Source of the DNA: Laetmonice hystrix
Lineage: Eukaryota
DNA: 64,000 nucleotides
Direction: 5' to 3'
Assembly: GCA_965235115.1 (NCBI GenBank)
Contig: OZ249451.1
Location: 20,336,001 to 20,400,000, forward strand
A program made the translations under genes and the position numbers. Position 1 is the stretch's first letter; each line of letters starts with the position of its first letter. The notes under the pieces are model-generated. The model searched no databases and was not told the DNA's origin. It saw only the letters and a list, made by a program, of their open reading frames with translations. Below, piece after piece: positions 24,820 to 36,347 of this stretch.

Positions 24820-27800
24820 GCACGCTCCTTACAGCTATTATCTTAATGTGCCGTGTTGAGAGCCAAAATTACAAGGGGGGATCTGTAGTGATGAGGGCTC
24901 AGGTTTTATCGATTGGGAGAGAGAGAAGAGAGAGAGAGGAGAGAGAGAGGGTAGGATCACCTCTCTCCGGCCGCCACGCCTGCACGGATCGAAGGTTTAC
25001 TATTAAAGGGACCGGTATTAAGACTGGACTATGCTGACCGTTATACGATGTAGCAGTTTTATTTAGTCGGTGTTCGTTCAGAGCTCCGCAGTCTGGCCCA
25101 CCGCCAACCAACTGTCGTTATTTCCCCTGAGGCTTCCTAGCGCACTACGTGTAATGTGGCATGGCGTCGGCTACAGGCGTCACCGAATCACCTGCTCCTA
25201 TTATACGTGTGAGGCGCTAGTCACATTATGGTGACGCTTCTTTTAAACCACTTTACCACATCACAGTTAGTATATTTTTCTCGGCGTCGGGGGGGGGGGG
25301 GTACATTAAGGCTTAAAATCTAGGTGTGTGGCTTCAATGCGAGATATATAACGATGAGCAATGGCTTCCCATGTGGCTTCGAATTTACATATCTGATAAC
25401 CTTCACCAACATAAACACATTTCACAGATGTCCCTATACGTATATATAATCAAATTATCACATGAATTAAACGCATTGCATTATTGCACCTGTCCATGAA
25501 TATTTGACATTTTTTTCAAGGCACCGATCAGATAGCAATGTGATGTTCGACATGTGTTCTCTCGGCAACCCTCGAGAGATACTTTCTTCCCACCATTCAT
25601 CTTAATCACAACTGTTGTAGCCGATATCTTAGCCGCCGTTCTCCCCCTTAGCCAGCCCCTCTCGCTGGGACTAAATGAATTAACAAATCCCGTTAATACG
25701 GCCGGTTAATCCCCTGACGGATTAAGACGTGTGAGTAGGAAGGTGGCTGGTATTAATGATGTAACAGCGTCCTCATTACTGAGGGTTTCTCAGACACCAG
25801 GGTAGCTTAGCGAGCTCTCGGCTTCACTCAACAACACTGGTGGTTCCAACCTATTTTTTTCTCCTACGTTTGTTAACAAATATCCCCCGGAGGTCTGCCA
25901 AGTTGGGGGATACCGTGAGACTTGTCTGTTAAGTGGGGCATATAGTAAGTGTCCTGTGCTTTAAAATTAGAGTTCAGCATAAGTAAATTATGAACGTTTT
26001 CAACCAAGTTTGGTATAATTTTATGTTTTTAAAAACCTCACTTGACACAAGTTCGTTAAAATGCATCACTAGATTTGGCTGCATGTGTTTTGGTTGCCCG
26101 TGCATACAGGTGGATGCATATGTATACATGGGTGTATGTACACCTTATTCTTTGTATGCACACATCTTTTGTATGCACACTGTGCTATATGTGATTTATC
26201 TGTATATTTACGATAGTTCGAACGCGGTGAGAACAAATCGTTTTGTTTGTTCGTGTGTTTGTGTCGATAAACCCGTCATACCACAACCAATGTCTCTGAG
26301 GACCATGAAGTCGATGGCCACTGAAACCATAGATTGCTGACCATGAAACCATTGGCATGCACGTGAAACATTCACAACGAAATGCAGCACGACTAAGTCA
26401 TTTTAACATGCCACCATGGATATATTCGATAAACGATATTTGGCTGATCGTTCACGATCTAAATAAGAGGGTTTATCCAATATGTTGATACAAATGATAC
26501 TTTTTATGAACACTTACAGATTTATAGTTTGTAAGGATGAGGACAGATTGGTTGGTAGCATTGGCAAGCCGTTATACCCCAGTGTCAACCCCTTGTAACA
26601 TGATATAGGTGACGATGGTCGGGCCACTGTGTGAATGGAAGCCAAGTACGTGTGACCTAGCGTAAGGTTTGCTACCCGGCCCCTATATAATGGCTCGTCG
26701 TCTATAACTCTACAACAATAACACACAGGGCATGGCGCAAAGTGCTAGCGGACTGACTACAGTTGAGGCCAAGCCAAAGATGTCATTTATCTTCGTTTCT
26801 CTACCGTTCATATAGGAGAAGGAACAAAAGATGCGAGGGTTGTGTTAATGTAGGGTGCGTGCTCGGCACTTGTTGTCGGATCGCTGGGGGTAAGTGGTGG
26901 TGGGGTGGGGGGTAACAATAGTTGTGTATGACACACCGCTGAGTGGGACACGTGTAGGGCATGGAGAAACCGTGCGACCCATCGTACTAGCTGTCCTTAC
27001 CCAGAAACTAGGGTCGGAGGGGACAGCAGTAGTACATGTGGAATTCGATCGAATATCTCCAAGATCGATGACAGCACTCTAAGAGAAAGTGACCTTATTT
27101 TGACAGGAACAGATGACATCGCAAAAAGCCATCATGGCGGACGATTCGGAGAGCGCCGAAGGGAACGCGACATACCGCGTCAATGTGGTTTTAGCCGGGA
27201 AAATAATGAGAGCTGCATTATTCAATTTATTCGTCAGATAAATTTAATTTCGTTGGCCTGCAGGTCGTGCGTTCGTTTGTTTAGAGTGTAGCTACTGAAA
27301 TGGATTTCCCTTTGAGCCTGACTGACCCTGCATTGGCCCAAACCCCCTCAAGTCCGCCACTGGGGTCATTTCTTTCATGCGCAGCGCCGAGTGCAATTTT
27401 ATTGAATTTCAGCATAAAAGCGCAATTTCTGTGTCATTTCCTGCGATATTGCCAACTGCGGTCGTCAGTGCGGGGCAACCTGAGACTGCCTTGTAATTCG
27501 CTCTGGGCAGGCTACGATAATTGCACTTTGATTGGGTTCTTCCTGATGCGATATGAAATATTGATAACGCGATCGCCCATCACTTTCTACCCTGGTCCTT
27601 CCATCCCTTGCTCGGCCCCACATCGCCCGATTACAAACCACCTACTCTCATCATCGCAAAGTGTAGCAAACCTTGTTCTTTCAAGTAAGTTAAAACAGAC
27701 ATTATTGACTTTCATCAGTTGGGCACGGGAAGAATAAAACTTGCAATCGATCGAGCTTTGCCTGACATGCTATTTGTCTCCATCGCACACGGAGCGAGGT

Positions 27801-29650
27801 ACAAAGTTCGTTCAAGGGTCCCTTGACGTTCAACTTTGAACTCTGTCGGAACGCGCCGTCTTCCATCTCTACGAACTTGATGTAAACGACAAACGAAAAC
27901 CAATTATTTTGCAGTGAAGCCGTGTAGCGGGATTGGAGGCAGAGACAAGAGAGTCAAACCTGAAAGATGGATCAGTCCTTCGCATGACAAGTCGGTGATA
28001 TTAATTGAGTAAAATCGATCACCGCTCGCAAGAATAATTAGCAGAATCGGTGAGGGCTGATTCATGCGAGTGTCTTGAACCGGGCCAAGTGGCGGGGGCA
28101 ATTTGATATCAGAGAAAGCCTCTGGAAATTGAGACCCGATGATTGTAGTGTACAATTCGTCTCGCTCTAAGAATCGCCAGTGACCACTACTCGTAAAAAA
28201 TGACCCTTCTTATCAGAGCGCTAGGGTCGATCATTAATCGTGGGACGGTGGACCGCACGCTGAGAGACGGTCCCCTGTTTGACAGGTCTCACAATAAACA
28301 CCCGACCACACAGTCGCATGTCCAGAATCCTATAATAGTTCCAACATACGGAGAACTTCCTCGTTCTATCCCGGCATGCATAGCTCTGGATGTCATCTTT
28401 GCATTAATATAGAACACTTTTCTACATTATCATGGTTATTTTTTACTTGAATTATAATGCTGCAATATGGAATCTCAACAGTGCATTGAGTTCACCCCTC
28501 TTTGTTTTCCCATAAATTTGACTTTAAGTACAGAATATTACTCTTCATGTAAAGATCCTTGATCGATCTTGAGAAGGTATCTTTAAATAGCAACCCTCAC
28601 GCCTTCATCTGTCAAAGGTCTTAGCATGTGTCAACCGTAAAGATGATAAAACTCCCGCGAGCAGGAAAGATGCGCAGTTACTATTGATATAGACATGGAT
28701 GTATCGTGTTTGTGTGAGTCGTGTGTAAAATACTGCCAACATTATGTCACAATCTGTGTCAGTGGGTCACAGCGGGGTGGGGGGGGGGGGGTCGGGGGGG
28801 GGGGTCGAGGGTATAGGAGGTGTTGTATTGAGTGAGATTTTACGATTTTACAGTAGAAACGTGTGACAGTGTGACTATAATAGATTGGTGGTCTTCCACA
28901 CCCACACCCACACCCACACCCACAGTTTTGCTGGCAGTCTCGTGTGAATGGCGTAATGACATACAGTCATGAAATGTCAGTTCGCTGTGAATCTCCGCCA
29001 CAGTAAACGCCTGACGTGATTTGAAAACTCAGTTCGGGTAGGTCGCTCATCGAGTACCACCACAGGCATTTCGATTTGGGAGAAAGGGGGGGGGGGGGGG
29101 TTCTGGGGGGGGGGGGGGCAAACTCATGCCCCAGATTTAAGTTGTTTGTTAGTTCGTCTGCTTTTTGGTGCATGCATGCGACAGTCAAAGTAGAAGATTG
29201 AGTGAGGAAGGAAAGGAGAAAAAATATGACATCATAATAATAGATATTATACAACATGTATGTAGAGCTAAGGATGCGTGCAAATAATGTGTGCAAACAG
29301 AACGATTGTTAGACTTGCAATATTTTTTCTCTGAGTGACATTTGTAAAGATCTACTAATATAGACCTGTAATTAATATCTATCTGTCTCTAGAACGCTTT
29401 CATCGTGAATGTTTCCATTGTAATCTCCCCCATTATTATGTAAAAAAAACACGATCCTACCATTTTTTTCTCAGGTAATACTATGTTGTCAGTATGTTGT
29501 ATTGAAGTGGTTGATTCGGTGTCCATTACTGATGAAACATTATGTGGAAAACAAAGAAACGAAAGATGATTTCAAAATGGGGTCACCTCGTTCACAAGTG
29601 AAACTTTCTGTTAGGTAATGTTTACATACCTCAAGGCATCCATATAGCAC

Positions 29651-29845
29651 ACTTGTAGCATATGTATACGCATACTTATAGCATATGTAGCCTAAACGCA
29701 TACTTGTAGCATAATATGTATACGCATACTTGTAGCATATACGCATACTTGTAGCATATGTATACGCATACTTGTAGCATTATGTATCCGCATACTTGTA
29801 GTATATGTATACGCATACTTGTAGCGTATGTATACGCATACTTGT
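29651..29845. repeat. About 23-bp minisatellite (cttgtagcatatgtatacgcata), about 8 copies
   Basis: Direct reading. The unit contains an 18-nt alternating purine-pyrimidine tract. Confidence 0.9.
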
Positions 29846-30165
29846 GGCCTACTTATCCAAGACGTCCCCGAATCTATATCTTCTGAGAAAATGGATTTTT
29901 CTTTAAACGACATTTTAATCATGACAAATGTGTCAGGATTCTTTATATGAGAATTGATAAGAAATTGCAGTTTCATGGTTGCCAAGACAGACCAAATTGG
30001 GGTCACAGTTTGACGATTTGACTGTGGACCTCACTTGACCTTGCAGGTCGACGGCTACGAAAACTCATTAACGATAGTGGCAGAGCGAGTTCAGATGGCA
30101 CGACACAGTCCGACCTGCGGCACAACATTCTTAGATTCATCTATCCTTGGCGTTTTCCATTAACA

Positions 30166-30578
30166 CCCTGTCCATTCTGGTCCTGTCCATTCTGGTCCTG
30201 TCCATCCTGGCCTTGTCCATCCCGGCCCTGTCCATCCCGGCCCTGTCCATCCCGGTCCTGTCCATCCCAGCCCTGTCCATCCCGGTCCTGTCCATCCCAG
30301 CCCTGTCCATCCCGGCCCTGTCCATCCCGGCCCTGTCCATCCCGGCCCTGTCCATCCCAGCCCTGTCCATCCCAGCCCTGCCCATCCCGACCCTATCCAC
30401 CCGCCCCTGTCTATCCCAGCCCTGTCCATCCCGCCCCTGTCCATCCCGGCCCTGTCCATCCCAGCCCTGCCCATCCCGACCCTGTCCATCCCGCTCCTGT
30501 CCATCCCGCTCCTGTCCATCCCAGCCCTGTCCATCCCGCCCCTGTCCATCCCGGTCCTGTCCAACCCGCCCCTGTCCA
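30166..30578. repeat. 15-bp minisatellite (CCTGTCCATCCCRGC), about 27 copies
   Basis: Direct reading. It explains the LSIPA, MDRAG and GWTGP repeat ORFs. Confidence 0.95.
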
Positions 30579-30999
30579 CTTTAAAGCCAGGCACTTTGCA
30601 CTTTTATCTGCTCCCATTTTGGGATTGAGGACGAAGCGCAGAGCACGTTAAATATCGGAAGACTTGTGTGATGGGGGGTATAGCTTACAATGTGGGGTTG
30701 ATAACGAACGACAGGCGGGGGTGAAGGCGGAGGGGGGCCGGGGGGAGGGGCTGGGTGGACGGCCGATAACAGGGTCAGGACGGAGACCGGCGGGTAGCGA
30801 GGCACGGGCCGTCACCTGGTCTGACCGACCGGCCTGCAGAGAGACACACACAGACGGAGAGAGAGAGACGTGGGGAGGGGAAAACGGGAGCCAGGAGATA
30901 GAAAATATCGGCAGGTTGTCATGTCGTGCGTGTCCTCTTTTGATTGTGTTATCAAAGAGAGAAACAGCGGCAGGGATAGAATATTGATCAGTGGTGGTG

Positions 31000-31110
31000 G
31001 CCTGCCCGCCTGCCCGCCTGAACGGCCCGCCTGCCCGCCTGAACGGCCCGCCTGCCTGAACGGCCCGCCTGCCTGAACGGCCCGCCCGCCCACGGCCCGC
31101 CAGCCCGGGC
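31000..31110. repeat. GC-rich degenerate 16-20 bp tandem repeat (gcctgaacggcccgcct)
   Basis: Four gcctgaacggccc cores in tandem. Confidence 0.85.
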
Positions 31111-32476
31111 CCCACCGACCGACGGCCGAGTACAGCGGCCGGGCGGGGGTAGCGACACGCCGGCCTGTATCCACCCCTCGCACCCGGTCTGTGTCAGCCT
31201 ACCGTATGTAGAGGGTCTATATAACCCCCCACCTCCCCCTCTCACTACCTTGTTTGATATGGACGTAGCGTTGGCAGACTAGCTGTTTGCGGCCCGTGTT
31301 CATTAGGCGCAGTCCGTGTTGGCTAGATTAAGAGGGACGTCGATCGATGCGAACAATATATACGACATGCTTGCATGTGGCACTTCCAAATCAGACTGGA
31401 GTTGGGCGGACACTGGATTTACTGGAGGAGTAGGGGAGGGGTGACCATACCAGGACGCCGGGCCAGGCCGGGGGTGGGGGGGGGGGGGGTGAGGTATTAC
31501 ACCCCGAACGTCACACGTGATGTGCCTACCCAAGGCGCCTACGCCAATATCAATAAATCCTCGCCACCACGCCTGGAATTAAACTACCACCTCACAAAAT
31601 TAGGTAATCGCACCCTCTCCAGTCGGCTTGTATTTCATTCGTAAATCACGAGTTCCTCCCTTCTTCCCTTCCCCCCTTTTCGTCATTTTCCCCACTTTAA
31701 AAAAAATACTTTTGTCGTCATGAGGTAGCCAGATGTGCAGTTGTTCACCCCCTGAACGGGAAGTCGTCGACGTGTGTTCAGGAAGTGTGAACATGTCTAT
31801 AACATCTTCCACTAGCGAGGTGTCCTATAAGTGGTGTCGTGAATTATGGCTGGGTAATAAATCGCCAGGACAGTGCACCCACAGAATGGACCTCCACGCA
31901 TGCCTGCCGGGCAGATGACGCTTCGATTTGCGAGGTGTGCAACCGATTCAAAATACGCATGCATTTTTCACAAGTTGTGATTTTTACCCCCCGCTAGCCG
32001 CCAAAGTTAGCGCCCCACACCTCCTCCTGCCCACGGCCCCGGCTCTGACATCTCCCGGCTAGGTCTATGTGCTCGTCCCTCGCTCAATGAAATATAGATC
32101 CAGGTGACATCTCCACCACGATGATGGATGATCGCATAAACTGCACTTAGTCCGTCACTATTACGCTTAAAAGCAAACGAAATACGGCAGGAAAATAGAA
32201 TGAGGGTTAGGAAAATGTTGCTGTAATGTCGAGATGGGTTCTCTGCGTGTGGTAGGGGACTAGAAATGGAGGCTGGGTTTAGCAGATCGGCAGATTAATG
32301 TGGATATAGCGTTCTGGTTGGGATTAGCCGAGCCACAGAGCGTTTGACCTCATTTTGGGTCGGCCACTGTATAGTACCAAGTCACGAAAAAAACAAATGG
32401 TCAGCTGTCTGGGTATATGAATGTGAAATTGTTGTTTATGTTAGAAAACAGCTGATCGGAGAATAGGTAGCAGACA

Positions 32477-34118
32477 GACACAATATCATGATGATCGTAA
32501 GGAACACACAGACACAATATCACGGTGATCGTAGGGAACACACAGACACAATATCACGGTGATCGTAGGGAACACACAGACACAATATCACGGTGATCGT
32601 AGGGAACACACAGACACAATATCACGATGATCGTAGGGAACACACAGACACAATATCACGGTGATCGTAGGGAACACACAGACACAATATCACGGTGATC
32701 GTAGGAGTAGACAACACACAGACACAATATTACGGTGATCGTAGGGAACACACAGACACAATATCACGGTGATCGTAGGGAACACACAGACATAATATCA
32801 CGGTGATCGTAGGGAACACACAGACACAATATCACGGTGATCGTAGGGAACACACAGACACAATATCACGGTGATCGTAGGGAACACACAGACACAATAT
32901 CACGGTGATCGTAGGGGACACACAGACACAATATTACGGTGATCGTAGGGAACACACAGACACAATATCACGGTGATCGTAGGGAACACACAGACACAAT
33001 ATCACGGTGATCGTAGGGAACACACAGACACAATATCACGGTGATCGTAGGGGACACACAGACACAATATCACGGTGATCGTAGGGAACACACGGACACA
33101 ATATCACGGTGATCGTATGGAATAGGGAACACACATACACAATATCACGGTGATCGTAGGAGTAGACAACACACAGACACAATATCACGGTGATCGTAGG
33201 GAACACACAGACACAATATCACAGTGATCGTAGGAATAGGGAACACACAGACACAATATCACGGTGATCGTAGGGAACACACAGACACAATATCACGGTG
33301 ATCGTAGGGAACACACAGACACAATATCACGGTGATCGTAGGGAACACACAGACACAATATCACGGTGATCGTAGGAAACACACAGACACAATATCACGG
33401 TGATCGTAGGGAACACACAGACACAATATCACGGTGATCGTAGGGAACACACAGACACAATATCACGGTGATCGTAGGGAACACACAGACACAATATCAC
33501 GGTGATCGTAGGGAACACACAGACACAATATCACGGTGATCGTAGGGAACACACAGACACAATATCACGGTGATCGTAGGGAACACACAGACACAATATC
33601 ACGGTGATCGTAGGGAACACACAGACACAATATCACGGTGATCGTAGGGAACACACAGACACAATATCACGGTGATCGTAGGGAACACACAGACACAATA
33701 TCACGGTGGTCGTAGGGAACACACAGACACAATATCACGGTGGTCGTAGGGAACACACAGACACAATATCACGGTGATCGTATGGAACACACAGACACAA
33801 TATCACGGTGATCGTAGGGAACACACAGACACAATATCACGGTGATCGTAGGGAACACACAGACACAATATCACGGTGATCGTAGGGAACACACAGACAC
33901 AATATCACGGTGATCGTAGGGAACACACAGACACAATATCACGGTGATCGTAGGGAACACACAGACACAATATCACGGGGATCGTAGGGAACACACAGAC
34001 ACAATATCACGGTGATCGTAGGGAACACACAGACACAATATCACGGTGATCGTAGGGAACACACAGACACAATATCACGGTGATCGTAGGGATAGGGAAC
34101 ACACGGACACAATATCAC
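32477..34118. repeat. 34-bp minisatellite (GACACAATATCACGGTGATCGTAGGGAACACACA), about 48 copies, 1.64 kb
   Basis: Head-to-tail, highly homogeneous copies with no spacers and occasional short insertions. Confidence 0.97.
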
Positions 34119-36253
34119 AACAATCGAAATATTGTGGATGGATTATATTTGATAGAGGGTTTAGTGCTATAGATACACCTTCTCAAATAAAGGCGCATAC
34201 AGTGATACATACAACATTTGTATATACGCCCCGTCCTCTTTACTGAAGTTGAAGAGGAAAACAAATGCTAATACACATGTATAACAAATTGAAACAAAGT
34301 GCGTTTACTTGTTTTGAAGAAAATATTAGTATAATTTCATGCTTCAAGCGTGTATTATGTCAGTAATTATAAAAAAAAACAAGAAATGTACAACACCCTA
34401 AAAGACGTGTGTGTGTTAATGATTGGTGTATTGAGGGGGGGGGGTGTTGGGCGGGGGGGGGGGGGGGTCCGCGTGGGAGTAGGTGGTAGGGAGCAGACCC
34501 CGTTCTCCCAGGCCGGGAGTGGAGTCTCCGATATAGGAGAACGAATTGTTGTAAGGAATCTCATATCAAGTACTATGGCGGTCGATGGGCCCTGTCACCT
34601 GAAGTATTTCTCAGGGCAGGGTGATAAATCTTACCCCGATTGAGTCCTCACGCAGATTATTCCCCAGATTGGGGTCAGCAAGGAGGGGGTGCGCGCCCTT
34701 AGGAGGGTGAAGGGTTCGTGCTTCAAATATCGCGCCACGGCCGCAAAATAGAGGCTGGTCACAGGCGCGGAGAAAGAAAGAGGGCAGAGCCATAAATTAA
34801 CCCACGTCTCCACCGACCGAGAGCAGCAGTGCCTGCCAGCACTACTGCCACGGCGTTCCATTGAACGAAACTAGGCCACTAGGGCGTGCATAATTCTACC
34901 CCCCCCCCCTCCCCAACTCCTTATCGGCCGTGGCGAAGGAGTTGTGAACTATTTTTGGACGGAGGAATGACCAAACAGCCACAGCCAATGTTGTCATGGT
35001 TAAAGTCCGCCAGAGTCGGCGATGCGTCCTCTACGCCATCTGCCAAGTCGTTGGCTTTGTCTGAGCAATCGTAAGGAATATGAAGACATAGCATAAGAAA
35101 GGTTTACGTTATAAATTTAATGCGTTTAGTGGAAGGGAAAGTTAAACCTCAGACGTGGCGATCAATTATAGAGAAGTCAGGCAAAGTTTGTTTCGTTACA
35201 CAAAAGCATGCATGATTCAGTGATTGCCCACCAGGCATTTTTATCAGTGCTTCATTCATGTTTGCAATCAGTTTACCGTTAGCTGTCTTTTTCTCCAACA
35301 GTGGAGCATAACCAATATGCTCGTATCGGTCTATTAACAGGTCTGTGAAAGAAAGCAAATTGATAGCTGCCTGCGATCGTTGGTAGAGGTTCTTCTACTG
35401 GGGACTCTGTGAATGTTTAATGTGCCTTATCAATAGAACGACAACACTGATGAATATGCATGTCAGATACATATTGGTAGCACAATCAAAAGGTATTCCA
35501 TCGCCTCATCACGAAATAGTCTGTCACTGGAGGGGAGAATTCGATGGAGGCACGTTAAATTGGATTAGAAAGGCACGAGAACGAGGTTGAGATAGGAAAC
35601 AGGGCCAGAGACTGGGGATAATTGACATGAAATTCGATGATTTAATCATTCCTTTAATCAAGAGTCTTTGGATGAGTCAAATAGCTCATTAAGACAGTGG
35701 TTTTTGTCGCCGAATCATCAGGATCGATTATATGGCCCGCAAGGCTGGACTTTCGTTTGTTGCTGCGTCCTTGGCTTCATTTGGAGCTGACCCTGTTTTT
35801 ATAAAGGACCTCGATCATGGCATTAACGGATTGAGCCCCGCTACTCATTCAATCACGGTATTTTTTCCCATGTCGTGCATTGCGCGCGGAGGCGGCCGTT
35901 TTCGTGTTGAGTCTGTGTCGGTTTCATGGACGTAATTATTAGAAAGCAAGGTCCCTTCATGCTACCGAGAGGCGATGGTTATTTACGACTGCCATCAGAA
36001 ACATCTCTGTGATAAAAACTCACGGGACAATTTCTGATCAAAACACACACACGTGAACTTTGGATTTCTGGTAGAATTTCTACTGTGGTAACAATCAAAG
36101 CTTTTGCCGTAATATAAATTCAGGTATAAAAGAAACACAGGTGGCGTTTTAGCAAATTCGTTGAACGAAAAAAAAAACGGAGAGAAAAAACAGGGGGATA
36201 AATTCACCAATCTCGTTTTTCTGGTGTTTAGGTTTGGTTAACGATAGAACTGT

Positions 36254-36347
36254 ACTGCGCCCACACTGTAAAAATGACATGGACTGCGCCCACACTGTAA
36301 AAATGATGTGCACTGCACTCACACTGTAAAAATGATGTGCACTGTAC
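36254..36347. repeat. 29-bp tandem repeat x3 containing CACTGTAAAAAT
   Basis: The motif starts at 36264, 36293 and 36322. Confidence 0.9.

Noticed and set aside
30026-30041. One-mismatch DR4 (AGGTCA agtg AGGTCC, - strand)
   Set aside because: One-mismatch direct repeats are expected several times per window by chance.
30137-30617. MDRAG/LSIPA/GWTGP repeat proteins
   Set aside because: These are reading frames of a 15-bp minisatellite, open on both strands, with no splice or promoter support.
32477-34118. 34-bp array as a CRISPR array
   Set aside because: The units are head-to-tail with no unique spacers, there are no cas genes, and the context is an animal Hox cluster.
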